From NCBI GenBank assembly GCA_037045155.1, contig JBAOIG010000003.1:5818-69817 (forward strand): a DNA stretch of 64,000 nucleotides, read 5' to 3'. The notes below the pieces were generated by a model. The model had not been told where the DNA came from. It did no database searches and saw only the letters and a list, made by a program, of their open reading frames with translations. This stretch comes from Thermomicrobiales bacterium (GTDB taxonomy: Bacteria; Chloroflexota; Chloroflexia; Thermomicrobiales; CFX8). The translations under genes were made by a program, and so were the position numbers. Numbering within the stretch: position 1 is the first letter of the stretch; each line of letters starts with the position of its first letter. Positions 47,557 through 58,072 of the stretch are shown piece after piece.

Positions 47557-47660
47557 CCTGACCCTCCTCACTGACGACTTCCGCTCATAATCATATGGCG
47601 GTATGCTGCCCCCCGCTGTAGATTGACAGCGAAGGCATGGCCAGATCATAGAGGAGGATT

Positions 47661-48821
47661 ATGCGCAGCTCTATTCTTGTGTTCATCGTGAGCCTCGGGC
47701 TGCTTGTCTCGGCCTGTGGCTCATCATCGGACAAGACGCCGACCGCGACGACCGCCGCAGCGACCAGCCCGACGGCCGCCGCGACCGCTGTTGAATCGAC
47801 CGCCACCAGCCCGCCTGCTGGTTCGCCCTCCACGACTGCGCCGTCTGCAACCAGCGTCGCCACGACGCCGGCGAGCACTGCAACCCCGGAGAGCGCGGCA
47901 GAGCCGACGAAGGTCACGCTGGCGCTCGGCTTCGTGGCGAACGTGCAGTTCGCGCCGTTCTATGTCGCGCTGGATCGGGGCTACTACGCCGACGCCGGGT
48001 TCGATGTGACGGTGCAGCAGGGACCGAACCCCGACCTGCTCGCCCAGCTCGGCGCTGGCAGCATCGACTTTGCGGTGACAAGTGGCGATTCGCTCGTCCC
48101 AGCGCGGGCAGCAGGTATCCCTGTTCGCTACGTGATGGCCCAATTCCAGAAGTACCCGGTCGGCGCGACGGCGATCGCTGGCAAGGGCGCGCCGTTGGTG
48201 AAGCCCGAGGATCTCAAGGGGCGTCGCGTCGGCGTCTCGCAGCTGAATGGCTCGACCTACTTCGGGTTGCTTGCGCTTCTGCAGGCCGGCGGCCTGACGC
48301 TGGACGACATCCAGCTGGTGACGATTGGCTTCGCCGAGCTCGAAGCGCTGACCCAGGACCGCATCGACGTCGCGATGACCTACCTCGTCAATGAGCCAGT
48401 CCAGGCCCGGGAGATGGGCTACACGATGGAGGAGCTGGCTGTCTCCGACTTCGTGAACATGGTCTCGACCGGGCTGGTGACGAGTGACGCGATGATCGAG
48501 CAACATCCGGATGTCGTCCAGCGCTTTGTCGAGGCAACGCTCAAGGGCCTGAAGGATTCGCTGGATAACCCCGACGCAGCGTTCGAGGCGTCGATGAAGC
48601 GGATGCCGGAAATCACCGGCGACACCGTGCGGATTCAACGAGCAGTGCTGGAGCAGGCCCAGAAGTGGCAGCAGCCTCCCGCCGGCCATCCTCTCGGATG
48701 GACAGATCCCGAGGCGTGGAAGAACACCCAGGATCTGCTCGTTTCGGTTGGCATCGTCAAGACTCCGGTCGATCTTGACTCTCTCTACACCAATGCCTTC
48801 GTCGAGCAGGCCGCGCGTTAG
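47661..48821 (+). CDS. ABC transporter substrate-binding lipoprotein (NitT/TauT, NMT1/THI5-like)
   Basis: MRSSILVFIVSLGLLVSACGS lipobox, a ~70-aa T/A/S/P linker, then ...LALGFVANVQFAPFYVALDRGYY... typical of the NMT1-like fold. Confidence 0.8.
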   Translation: MRSSILVFIVSLGLLVSACGSSSDKTPTATTAAATSPTAAATAVESTATSPPAGSPSTTAPSATSVATTPASTATPESAAEPTKVTLALGFVANVQFAPFYVALDRGYYADAGFDVTVQQGPNPDLLAQLGAGSIDFAVTSGDSLVPARAAGIPVRYVMAQFQKYPVGATAIAGKGAPLVKPEDLKGRRVGVSQLNGSTYFGLLALLQAGGLTLDDIQLVTIGFAELEALTQDRIDVAMTYLVNEPVQAREMGYTMEELAVSDFVNMVSTGLVTSDAMIEQHPDVVQRFVEATLKGLKDSLDNPDAAFEASMKRMPEITGDTVRIQRAVLEQAQKWQQPPAGHPLGWTDPEAWKNTQDLLVSVGIVKTPVDLDSLYTNAFVEQAAR

Positions 48822-49671
48822 CGGGCCGGCGGAGTCCGACAGTAGCGACAGCCGGAAAGCACCGGCTGTCGCGCTGCCACGGCCACGCCGCCGGCAGCGG
48901 GTTCTCGCCCGCAGATCCCCGAGGAGTAAGCGGCTGCTTCTCTGGTTGCCGGCGGTCGGGGTATTGCTGGCGCTTGGGATCTGGCAGGTGTTGTGGCTGC
49001 GACAGGTCTTTCCGAGCTACATGCTGCCCTCCCCCGCGTCGGTCGCCGACAAGTGGTGGCTCCTCTACCGCAACGGGACGCTCCTGCATCATGCCGGCGT
49101 CACGCTCAGGGAAGCGCTGCTCGGGTTCGCCGTCGCATTCGTTGTTGGCGTTGGCCTGGGCTATCCGCTGGCGCGATTCCATACGTTCGACGTGATCTTC
49201 GGGCCATACGTCGCTGTCTCCCAGGCGATGCCGGTGATCGCCTTCGCGCCGCTGCTGGTCGTCTGGTTCGGCCTCGGGCTGTTGCCGAAGGTCATCATCT
49301 GCGCCCTGATCGTCTTCTTTCCGATCCTCGTCAACACGGTCGTCGGCCTGCGATCGATCGACCCGTCGCTGATCGAGGCGTCCTGGAGCATGGGCGCGTC
49401 AGATTGGCAGACGTTGCGCTATGTCGAGGTTCCGCTGATGCTGCGACCGCTGCTGGGCGGGATCAAGATGGGGCTGACGCTGTCGATGACCGGGGCCGTC
49501 GTGGGCGAGTTCGTCTCATCGAGCGCCGGGCTGGGATATCTGATGATGCTCGGCCGCACTGCCTACGACATTCCGATGGTCTACGTTGCGGCGCTGACAA
49601 TGGCCACGATCGCCACCATTGGCTATGTCGTCATCAGCCTGCTGGAACGCCTCGTCGACGCGCTGGTCTAG
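48793..49671 (+). CDS. ABC transporter permease (NitT/TauT family)
   Basis: Polytopic protein with the BPD_transp_1 loop (EASWSMGASDWQTLRYVEVPLMLRP). The start is uncertain; ATG 48793 overlaps the SBP gene end. Confidence 0.75.
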   Translation: MPSSSRPRVSGPAESDSSDSRKAPAVALPRPRRRQRVLARRSPRSKRLLLWLPAVGVLLALGIWQVLWLRQVFPSYMLPSPASVADKWWLLYRNGTLLHHAGVTLREALLGFAVAFVVGVGLGYPLARFHTFDVIFGPYVAVSQAMPVIAFAPLLVVWFGLGLLPKVIICALIVFFPILVNTVVGLRSIDPSLIEASWSMGASDWQTLRYVEVPLMLRPLLGGIKMGLTLSMTGAVVGEFVSSSAGLGYLMMLGRTAYDIPMVYVAALTMATIATIGYVVISLLERLVDALV

Positions 49672-49678
49672 CCCCAGG

Positions 49679-51208
49679 CTAGGATTTGCGGCTGCGGCTA
49701 GCCTGGGCTATCGCGACGGCGAGCTCGTCGTCGGCATCGGCCAGCCACGCGCGGGCCAGACGCTCGGCGGTCTCCCGGTCGCCGATGGCCAGGTCGCCAT
49801 CGATCACCATCTCGCGGAGGCGTTCCTTGACATGCTTGATCCAGATGCCGGGCGGCAGGCCGAACAGCGCCATCAGCTCGTCGCCATCCAGCGGCGATTG
49901 TAGTGCGTCGAGGGCGGCCACGGCTTCGAGGCGCGCGACGTGCTCGCGCAGGCCGGCCACCCGGCGGGCTGCCGCGGCCTGCTTGTCGGCGCGCGCGCTG
50001 GTCACGTCGGCGGCCGCCAGATCGAGCAGGTCCTCAAACGCGTCGCCAGCCTCCAGCGCCAGCCGTCGAACAGCCGCGTCGGTCCAGCTGTCGTCATATC
50101 CTGCGCCACGCAGATGCATAGCCACCAGCAGCGTGACTCGCTGCTCGAGTGTCTTCTCCTGCTTCAGCCGCCGCATCGCCCGGCGCGCCAGGTCCGCCCC
50201 GGCGATCTCGTGGCCGAAGAAATGAACCTCGCCGGCTTGGTCGACCGAACGCGTGGCTGGCTTGGCCGCGTCGTGCAGTAGCGCCGCCCAGCGCACGGCC
50301 AGCCGAGCGGGCGTCTGGCCGACGACGCGGACGGTATGCTCCCAGATGTCCTTGTGTCGCGCGCCGACGGAATCCCGGTCGTCCTCCGCCATCGGCTGCG
50401 CCTCCGGCAGTACCCAGCGGATCAGATCGGCTTCGTGGAGCGCTCGTAGCCCGTCGGCCACGTGTGGGCCGACCAGGAGCCTGTTCAGCTCGGTGGCGAT
50501 GCGCTCACGGCTGATGCGCCGCAGCTCGGGACCGAGCGCCTGCATCGCGGCGAGCGTGGCGTCCTCGATCTCGAAGCCAAGCTGGGCGGCGAAGCGGGCG
50601 GCGCGGAGGATCCGGAGTGGATCCTCATTGAACCGCTCGACCGGGTCGCCGACGGCAATGATCTGCCGGCCGCCGAGATCGCCGATGCCGCCGAACGGGT
50701 CGATCAGTTCGCCATCGAGTGGGTCGAGCGCCAGCGCGTTGATCGTGAAGTCGCGCCGGGAGAGGTCGTCGCGGAGTGTCGCGTTGTGGGAGACCTCCGG
50801 CCGGCGGTCTGGCGTTGGGTAGGTCTCGCTGCGGTAGGTCGTGATCTCGACGACGATGTCTGGCTCGCCCGGCTGCTGGAAGACAAAGCCGATCGTGCCG
50901 AACTGCTCCCCGATAGCGAATGTCGCGTCCGGGCTGGCTGCGCCCCCTGCCAGCTTTGTCTGCTCGGGTGTGGCTGATGTGGTGAAGTCGAGGTCGCTCC
51001 GGCCGCGATCCAGCAGCAAATCCCGGACGATTCCGCCGACGAGGTAGAGCTCCTGTCCGGCCGCGTTGAACGCGTGCGCCAGGCGGCGGACGATATCCCG
51101 CTCCCTCCCCGGCATCCGTTCGACCAGCTCCGGCAATCGCACCCGCGTATCGCTCACTCGCGCCACACTCCTTACCCCGCCAAGTCTAGCGGACACGGGC
51201 GGTGGCAC
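49679..51208 (-). CDS. cca: CCA-adding enzyme / poly(A) polymerase family tRNA nucleotidyltransferase with HD domain
   Basis: Head domain LYLVGGIVRDLLLDRGRSDLDFTT and RRDFTINALA, plus the HD region LLHDAAKP. The start codon is uncertain. Confidence 0.7.
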   Translation of the reverse strand: MPPPVSARLGGVRSVARVSDTRVRLPELVERMPGRERDIVRRLAHAFNAAGQELYLVGGIVRDLLLDRGRSDLDFTTSATPEQTKLAGGAASPDATFAIGEQFGTIGFVFQQPGEPDIVVEITTYRSETYPTPDRRPEVSHNATLRDDLSRRDFTINALALDPLDGELIDPFGGIGDLGGRQIIAVGDPVERFNEDPLRILRAARFAAQLGFEIEDATLAAMQALGPELRRISRERIATELNRLLVGPHVADGLRALHEADLIRWVLPEAQPMAEDDRDSVGARHKDIWEHTVRVVGQTPARLAVRWAALLHDAAKPATRSVDQAGEVHFFGHEIAGADLARRAMRRLKQEKTLEQRVTLLVAMHLRGAGYDDSWTDAAVRRLALEAGDAFEDLLDLAAADVTSARADKQAAAARRVAGLREHVARLEAVAALDALQSPLDGDELMALFGLPPGIWIKHVKERLREMVIDGDLAIGDRETAERLARAWLADADDELAVAIAQASRSRKS

Positions 51209-51275
51209 GCGGGGACAACGGGCGCGAATCGCCGCACGTTGCTGCTGTCTTCAGATAGATGGTCATGGGAGAAGG

Positions 51276-52100
51276 TCAGGCCCGGATTCCGAACCTGCCC
51301 ATCGCGCGGTACTTGGCATAGCGAGCGTCGAGGAGCGCGGCCGGGCCGTCGGTTATGAGCGCGTCGAGTGCGGCCAGCTGGCGGTCGATAACGTCGCCGA
51401 CGGCCGCGATCATCGCGGCCGGCTCCTCGTGGGCCGGGATCGGCTCGGGGATGATCTCATCAATCAGGCCGAAGGCGCGTAGCTCTGGCGCGGTGACACC
51501 CATGGCGGCAGCCGCCTCCGGCGCGCGCGCGGCGTCTTTCCAGAGGATTGCGGCCGCGGCCTCGGGTGACGCGACTGAGTAGACGGAATTCTCCAGCATC
51601 ACCACCCGGTCGGCCACGCCGATCGCCAGCGCGCCGCCGCTGCCACCCTCGCCGATCACGATAGCAACGATCGGCGTGCCGAGCGTCGCCATTGCGTAGA
51701 TGTTGTCGGCAATCGCGAACGCCTGGCCACCCTCTTCGGAGGCAAGGCCCGGGTCTGCGCCAGGGGTGTCGATGAAGGCGATGACCGGGAAGCGGAACTT
51801 CTCGGCATGGCGCATCAGCCGGAGCGCTTTCCGGTAGCCGGTCGGTTTCGGCATGCCGAAGTTGCGGGCGATATTCTCCTTGGTGTTTTCGCCCTTCTGG
51901 TGACCGATCACCATCACGCTGCGCCCGCGGAACTGGGCCAACCCGCCGATCAGCGCCTGGTCGTCGCCAGCCAATCGGTCGCCGTGGAACTCGATGAACT
52001 CGTCACAGAGCTGATTGACATAGTGCATCGTGTGAGGCCGGCCCGCATGGCGCGCAAGCTGGACCCGATCCCAGGCGGTCATCGTCGTCAGCTCAGGCAT
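51276..52100 (-). CDS. accA: acetyl-CoA carboxylase carboxyltransferase subunit alpha
   Basis: Collinear with E. coli AccA from QLARH..RP onward: VMVIGHQKGENTKENIARNFGMPKPTGYRKALRLM, IDTPGADPG, VIGEGGSGGALA. Confidence 0.9.
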   Translation of the reverse strand: MPELTTMTAWDRVQLARHAGRPHTMHYVNQLCDEFIEFHGDRLAGDDQALIGGLAQFRGRSVMVIGHQKGENTKENIARNFGMPKPTGYRKALRLMRHAEKFRFPVIAFIDTPGADPGLASEEGGQAFAIADNIYAMATLGTPIVAIVIGEGGSGGALAIGVADRVVMLENSVYSVASPEAAAAILWKDAARAPEAAAAMGVTAPELRAFGLIDEIIPEPIPAHEEPAAMIAAVGDVIDRQLAALDALITDGPAALLDARYAKYRAMGRFGIRA

Positions 52101-53001
52101 CGGCCACCTCGCTGGCAAGGATCGCGGGCGGCACGAGGCAGCCGGCAGCCTGCTGGTAGATCCGCATCAGCGAGCCGATCATCGGCTTCAGCGCGGAACG
52201 CGGAACCACTCGGTCGATCAGGCCATGCTCCAGCAGGAACTCGGCAGTCTGGAACCCCTCCGGCAGCTTCTGACGGATTGTCTGCTCGATCACTCGTGGA
52301 CCTGCGAAGCCGATCAGCGCGCCAGGCTCGGCGACGATCATGTCGGCCACCGTCGCGTACGATGCCGTTACCCCGCCGTAGCACGGGTCGGTCAGCAGCG
52401 CGATGTGCGGCAATCGCTGTTCGGTCAGCCGCGTCAGCGCCGCTGTCGTCTTGGCCATCTGCATGAGCGAGAACAGCCCCTCCTGCATCCTCGCGCCGCC
52501 AGAGGCGGAGATCGTCAGCAGCGGGGTGCAGCCGGCGACCGCGCGTTCGGCCGCGCGCGCCAGCTTCTCGCCGTAGACCGCGCCCATGCTCGCTCCCATG
52601 AAGGAGAAGTCGGTGACGACGATCGCCAGTAGTTGGCCATCGACGGCAATCTCGCCAGAAATGACCGCCTCGGCCATCCCGGACTTCGCCGCCGTCTTGC
52701 GCGCCTTGTCAGCGTAGCTCTCGCCATCGACGCTGAACCCGAGTGGGTCGTCGGTTGTGAGATCCGTATCCCACTCGACGAAGCTGCCTTCATCGGCGAG
52801 CAGGTCAATCCGCTCGCGAGCGGCCAGCCGGAAGTGGTAACCGCAGCGCTGACAGACCCGGTGGGTCTGAAGGTGCTCCTTGGTGTAGGCCAGCTCGCCA
52901 CACTTCGGGCATTTGACCCACAGGTCTTCCGGCACCTTCGAGCGCGCGTCCTCGTCGTCGGACGTGGTAAATCTCGGTTGTCGTCGGAAGAGCTCTCTCA
53001 T
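52093..53001 (-). CDS. accD: acetyl-CoA carboxylase carboxyltransferase subunit beta
   Basis: ATG 53001. Zn-ribbon CPKCGELAYTKEHLQTHRVCQRCGYH, then FSFMGASMGAVYGEK and SASGGARMQEG. Confidence 0.9.
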   Translation of the reverse strand: MRELFRRQPRFTTSDDEDARSKVPEDLWVKCPKCGELAYTKEHLQTHRVCQRCGYHFRLAARERIDLLADEGSFVEWDTDLTTDDPLGFSVDGESYADKARKTAAKSGMAEAVISGEIAVDGQLLAIVVTDFSFMGASMGAVYGEKLARAAERAVAGCTPLLTISASGGARMQEGLFSLMQMAKTTAALTRLTEQRLPHIALLTDPCYGGVTASYATVADMIVAEPGALIGFAGPRVIEQTIRQKLPEGFQTAEFLLEHGLIDRVVPRSALKPMIGSLMRIYQQAAGCLVPPAILASEVADA

Positions 53002-53189
53002 CGTGGTCCTGGGATATCCTTGCCGGAACCTGAGACCAGCGAATGCTGCCCCCTGCCACCCCGCCTTCGGCGTGCGGCAGTATAGCACAGGAATTGCGAT
53101 GGGCCGTCACAGCGGTCGCGGTCCTGCTGACGATCGGCTATCCTCGGAGTGGGGCAACTCGATACACGAACGGTAATTGAGGAGTGAGC

Positions 53190-54482
53190 ATGGCGGCGAT
53201 CGAACGGGAGAAAACCGTGGCAATGATCCTCGCCGGCGGCCAGGGCGAGCGGCTGAGTGTCCTCTCGCGCCAGCGCGCCAAACCGGCGGTCATGTTCGCC
53301 GGCAAGTACCGGATCATCGACTTCGCCCTGTCCAACTGTGTCAATTCCGGCATCTACGATGTTGCTGTTCTGACTCAGTATCGCCCGCATTCGCTCAACG
53401 ACCACATCGGCCACGGCCGGCCCTGGGATCTCGACCGCGCGACCGGCGGGGTCCACGTCCTCCAGCCATATCTCGGTCGGGCCAGATCTGACTGGTACCG
53501 CGGCACCGCCGACGCGATCTACCACAACCTGTTCTACGTCCAGGAGGCCCGCGCGACCGATGTCCTCATTCTCTCCGGCGACCACGTCTATGCGATGGAC
53601 TACCGCCCGATGCTCGCGCGCCATCGTGAGCTCAAGGCGGACGTCACCGTCGCCGTTCAGCCGGTGCCGTGGGACGACGCGAATCGCTTCGGCGTAATGA
53701 CCACCGACGACGAGGACCGCGTTATCGACTTCGACGAGAAGCCAGCGCAGCCGCGCTCCAATCTCGCGTCGATGGGCGTCTACATCTTCCGCGCCGAAGT
53801 GCTGCTCGATGTCTTCCGCCGGCCAGAAAGCGATCGCTCGATGATCGACTTTGGCCACGAGGTCATCCCGTTTCTGATCAGCGACGGAAATGTCTTCGCC
53901 CACCGCTTCGGCGCATACTGGCGCGACGTTGGCACGCTCCAGTCCTACTGGGAGGCGAATATGGAGCAGCTCGCCGACGTGCCGGGCCTCAACCTGTACG
54001 ATCCCGACTGGCGCATCCACACCCGCAGCGAGGAACGCCCCCCGACCAAGATCATGGACGGCTCGCGAGTTTCTCGATCGCTGCTCTCCAACGGTTGCAT
54101 CATCATCCGTGGGTCCGTCGAGCATTCGGTGCTCTCGCCGGGTGTCGTTGTCCACGAAGGGGCTGTCGTGCGTGATTCGATCATCATGACCGACACCGTG
54201 ATCGGGCCCGGCGCTGTCATCGAGCGCTGCATCGTCGACAAGATCGCCCGGATCGGCGCGGGCGTGCGGTTGGGGGTCGGCGACGACTTTTCGCCGAACT
54301 GGCTGGAGCCGTCGCGGCTCAACACTGGCCTGACGCTTGTCGGCCGTGGCGCAAGCGTGCCGGCCAACGTCCGAGCCGGCCGCAACGTGCTCATCGCGCC
54401 AGACGTGCGCGAGACCGATTTCGAATCGCTGGAGATCATCAGTGGCGAGACGATCGATCCGAACGTGCCGGTCTGGTCCTGA
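53190..54482 (+). CDS. glgC: glucose-1-phosphate adenylyltransferase
   Basis: [61 protein letters not shown] and a left-handed beta-helix C-terminus. Confidence 0.88.
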   Translation: MAAIEREKTVAMILAGGQGERLSVLSRQRAKPAVMFAGKYRIIDFALSNCVNSGIYDVAVLTQYRPHSLNDHIGHGRPWDLDRATGGVHVLQPYLGRARSDWYRGTADAIYHNLFYVQEARATDVLILSGDHVYAMDYRPMLARHRELKADVTVAVQPVPWDDANRFGVMTTDDEDRVIDFDEKPAQPRSNLASMGVYIFRAEVLLDVFRRPESDRSMIDFGHEVIPFLISDGNVFAHRFGAYWRDVGTLQSYWEANMEQLADVPGLNLYDPDWRIHTRSEERPPTKIMDGSRVSRSLLSNGCIIIRGSVEHSVLSPGVVVHEGAVVRDSIIMTDTVIGPGAVIERCIVDKIARIGAGVRLGVGDDFSPNWLEPSRLNTGLTLVGRGASVPANVRAGRNVLIAPDVRETDFESLEIISGETIDPNVPVWS

Positions 54483-54766
54483 GATCGCGTGCCAGGAAGT
54501 AGCCGCGAAACCATGCGCCGGCTTGCTCGTTCAGCAATCAGGGCTCGGGCCGGTATCGGTGTGACAGTAAGGCTCGGACGTGGCACAGTTGTCGTGGCGG
54601 GTTGGGGACCGCCGTCAACACGCGCCGCCCGACACGTAACATCATTTCGATTTAGACGGCTCGGCCCGGGCCGCGGCTATGCGTGGCTACTGCTCGGCAT
54701 GGCGTCTGCTTTGTGCGTTGCGCCTGCGGGGCCGCCGTGTTCTGGATCAGTCAAGAGGGGATCTGG

Positions 54767-55888
54767 TTGGTGATCGACTCCGTGCGTCTTTCCAGTGCTG
54801 AGCTCCGGCAACGGCAGATCGTCGACCTCGAGCATGTGCTCGCCGCGTTGTCCGAGGCAGACCGCGAACGATTCGCGCGCCTCTACGAGGTCAGCTCCGC
54901 GGTCGGCCGGCTCGTGCCGCCCGACCACATGCGCCGCTGGATCGTGAAGTATTTCGGCAGCGTCGAGGCTGTCAGCGAGCAGAAGGTCGTCCGCGTCACG
55001 AATCGCTGGACACTGGAGGGCTCGCTGTTCAACGAGCTTCGCGCCCGCCGCCCGCTCGAGGCGCGCATCCCGGCCGATCTGGCCAACGAGATCGCTCGCA
55101 CCGCGCCGGATCCGTTTTGCGAGCCGGAGCTGAACACGCCGGAGGATGTCTTCGGGCGCATCGAGGGCAAGCACGCGGTTACTGCGAGCAACATCGCCAA
55201 GTACGATGGCTATCACGGTGTCGTCATCTTCCGTGAGCATGATCCGCTGGCCTTCACCGAGGCGTCGGTCAAGGACGCGATCGATGTCGCAGTCCGCTGG
55301 CAGGCGAAAAGCAGCAGCCTGGATTCCGAGGCGATCTATCCGCTGATCATGTGGAATTGCCTCTGGAAGAGCGGGGCGTCGATCCCCCATGGCCACCTGC
55401 AGGTGAGCCTGACCAAGGGCATGCACTACGGCCATATCGAGAGCCAGCGCCGGGCCGGCGTCGCCTACACCGAGCGCACGGGCGGCAATTACTATGATGA
55501 CCTCTACCAGGCCCACGAGTCGCTTGGCCTTGGCCGTGTCTACAACGGTGTCCGCGTCATGGCGCACGTCACCCCGCTGAAGGAGAAGGAGTGCCTGATC
55601 GTCGGCTCGGCGCTTGACGAGGCGTTCACAGGGACCGTCTACTCCGTGCTCAACTGCCTGACCGATTACCTGAACGTCGTTTCGTTCAACCTGGTTATCT
55701 GGCGGCCACCACTGCGTGAGACTGGCGAGAATTGGGCCGATTTCCCGGTCATCGCCCGCATCGTCGATCGTGGCGACCCGCTCAACCGCACCTCCGATTT
55801 CGGCGCCATGGAGCTCTACGCTGCCAGCGTCGTCTCAAGCGATCCCTTCAAGGTCGCTGGCGCCCTCTGGGAGCGGCTCGGCGGCTGA
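54767..55888 (+). CDS. GalT / HIT-superfamily branch III nucleotidyltransferase-phosphorylase-like protein
   Basis: ~370 aa with the SIPHGHLQ (H-x-H-x-Q) active-site motif and a PFCEPE Cys region upstream, as in galactose-1-phosphate uridylyltransferase-type enzymes. The start is TTG 54767 or GTG 54770, after AAGAGGGGA. Confidence 0.5.
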   Translation: MVIDSVRLSSAELRQRQIVDLEHVLAALSEADRERFARLYEVSSAVGRLVPPDHMRRWIVKYFGSVEAVSEQKVVRVTNRWTLEGSLFNELRARRPLEARIPADLANEIARTAPDPFCEPELNTPEDVFGRIEGKHAVTASNIAKYDGYHGVVIFREHDPLAFTEASVKDAIDVAVRWQAKSSSLDSEAIYPLIMWNCLWKSGASIPHGHLQVSLTKGMHYGHIESQRRAGVAYTERTGGNYYDDLYQAHESLGLGRVYNGVRVMAHVTPLKEKECLIVGSALDEAFTGTVYSVLNCLTDYLNVVSFNLVIWRPPLRETGENWADFPVIARIVDRGDPLNRTSDFGAMELYAASVVSSDPFKVAGALWERLGG

Positions 55889-55963
55889 CCTGTCCGCCGA
55901 CAACTCTGGGCGAGCCTCGTATCATGGGGGCTGGCGTGTGGGGATGGCGGCGAGGAGGCGGGT

Positions 55964-58072
55964 ATGAACGTGTCGACGGGTGGCCTGCGGGTCGGGATCG
56001 ACATCGGCGGGACGTTCACCGATCTGTTGGTCTTCGACGCAGATGCCGGCCGCTTCCATATCGGCAAGATCCTGACGACGCCAGATGAGCCGAGCCGCGC
56101 GGTGATCGATGGCCTTGTCGCCACACTCTCCGCGGCCGGCCTCAGCTCCACCGCAGTCCGCGGCATCGTCCACGGCACAACACTGGTGACCAATGCCATC
56201 ATCGAGCGCAAGGGCGCGAAGACCGCGCTCCTGACGACCCGCGGCTTCCGCGACGCCGTTCAGATCGGTCGGGAGCACCGCTACGATCTCTACGACCTGT
56301 TCCTGGAGATGCCGAAGCCCCTCGTGCCGCGTGACCTGCGGCTGGAGCTGGACGAGCGCGTGCTGGCCGACGGCGCCGAGCTCGTCGCAGTCTCGCCCGG
56401 ACAGGTCCGTGAGCTAGCCGATCAGCTCGTCGCCGCAGGGGTCGAGGCGGTTGGCATCGCTCTGATCCATGCCTGGCGTGACCCGGCTCACGAGCGGCAG
56501 GTTGAGGCGCTCCTGGCCGAGTACGCTCCCGATCTGGTCGTCTCAACCTCGTCCAGCGTTGTCCCTGAGATCCGCGAATACGAGCGCGCATCGACGACGA
56601 TCGCAAATGTCTACGTCCGCCCGGTCGTCTCGCGCTATCTCCACCGCCTTGAGGAGTCGCTCGCGGCGCTTGGCGTGCGCGGCAGCCTGTTGATCATGCT
56701 CTCCTCTGGCGGAACATGCACCGTCGAGACGGCGCGAACCTTCCCGATCCGTCTGATCGAGTCCGGCCCGGCTGCCGGCGCGTTGGCGGCCGCCGAATAT
56801 GGGCGGCTTTCGGGCATGTCGGATGTGCTCTCGTTTGACATGGGCGGCACAACCGCCAAGGCCTGCCTGATCGATGCTGGCCGGCCGTTGACCACGTCCG
56901 ATTTCGAGGTCAGCCGTGTCTACCGGTTCAAGAAGGGCTCGGGCCTGCCGATCAAGGTTCCAGTCATCGAGATGATCGAGATCGGCGCAGGAGGCGGGTC
57001 GATCGCGCGAATCGACGCGCTTGGCCTGCTCAAGGTTGGGCCAGACTCGGCCGGTTCCGATCCCGGGCCGGCCTGCTATGGACGCGGCGGAACCGCGCCG
57101 ACCGTCACCGATGCCGACCTCGTGCTCGGCTATCTCGACCCCGCGTTCTTCCTCGGCGGGCGGATGACGCTCGACGTGAACGAAGCAAGCGCCGCGATCG
57201 AGCGTGACATCGCAGATCCCCTGGGGATCGACGTCCTGCAGGCCGCCTGGGGTATCCACCAGGTTGTCAACGAGAACATGGCCAACGCCGCCCGTATCCA
57301 CGCCATCGAGCGTGGGAAAGATCCGCGCGCCTATCCCATCTTCGCCTTTGGAGGCGCCGGACCAGTCCATGCCTGGCGCGTCAGTCGCATCCTCCAGTCA
57401 CCACGCCTGATCGTGCCGCTTGGCGCCGGGGTTACCTCAACCGTTGGCTTTCTCGTCGCGCCCCTGGCGTTCGACTTCGTTCGCTCCTGGTATGGCCGGC
57501 TCGATGCGCTCGACTGGCCGCGCGTCAATGATCTGCTGGCGGAGATGGAAGAGGAGGGGCGGCGCATTCTTGGCGAGGCCGATGTCGCTGCCGCTGACAT
57601 CACCGTCACGCGCGTCGCTGACCTGCGCTACGCCGGCCAGGGCCACGAGATCTCCGTGCCGCTGCCGCCGGGCACGTTGACCAACGAGTCAGTCGCCGGT
57701 CTACAGGACGGATTCGAGGCTGTGTACCGCTCGCTCTTCGAGCGTATCGCTCCCGGCAACCCGGTCGAAGCGCTCTCCTGGCGGGTCTCGGTTGCCGGCC
57801 CTCGCCCGGATCTTCCGCTGGATCGACTTGCCGGCTCGGTCGACTCTACGTCCGACCCCACCGTTGCGATCAAGGGCGAGCGTCCGATCTATCTCCCTGA
57901 GCAGCAGTCGCTCGTCTCTGCCCCCGTCTACGACCGGTACAGGCTCGCCCCCGGCGCTGCCATCTCGGGGCCGGCCGTCGTCGAAGAACGCGAATCGACC
58001 CTCATCGTTGGCCCCCACGCGCGAGCGCGCGTGGACGCGCTATTGAGCCTCGTGGTGGAGGACGCCGAATGA
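55964..58072 (+). CDS. hyuA: hydantoinase/oxoprolinase family protein, A subunit
   Basis: RVGIDIGGTFTDLLVFD N-terminus (ASKHA fold), 702 aa, GAGGAGG RBS. Confidence 0.8.
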   Translation: MNVSTGGLRVGIDIGGTFTDLLVFDADAGRFHIGKILTTPDEPSRAVIDGLVATLSAAGLSSTAVRGIVHGTTLVTNAIIERKGAKTALLTTRGFRDAVQIGREHRYDLYDLFLEMPKPLVPRDLRLELDERVLADGAELVAVSPGQVRELADQLVAAGVEAVGIALIHAWRDPAHERQVEALLAEYAPDLVVSTSSSVVPEIREYERASTTIANVYVRPVVSRYLHRLEESLAALGVRGSLLIMLSSGGTCTVETARTFPIRLIESGPAAGALAAAEYGRLSGMSDVLSFDMGGTTAKACLIDAGRPLTTSDFEVSRVYRFKKGSGLPIKVPVIEMIEIGAGGGSIARIDALGLLKVGPDSAGSDPGPACYGRGGTAPTVTDADLVLGYLDPAFFLGGRMTLDVNEASAAIERDIADPLGIDVLQAAWGIHQVVNENMANAARIHAIERGKDPRAYPIFAFGGAGPVHAWRVSRILQSPRLIVPLGAGVTSTVGFLVAPLAFDFVRSWYGRLDALDWPRVNDLLAEMEEEGRRILGEADVAAADITVTRVADLRYAGQGHEISVPLPPGTLTNESVAGLQDGFEAVYRSLFERIAPGNPVEALSWRVSVAGPRPDLPLDRLAGSVDSTSDPTVAIKGERPIYLPEQQSLVSAPVYDRYRLAPGAAISGPAVVEERESTLIVGPHARARVDALLSLVVEDAE

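Noticed and set aside
47557-47660. TPP riboswitch upstream of the NMT1/THI5-like binding protein
   Set aside because: The spacer is only ~100 nt and lacks the CUGAGA and ACCUGAUCUGGAUAAUGCCAGCG-type THI-box elements. A TTGACA hexamer is present, but no convincing -10 lies at the right spacing relative to the RBS.
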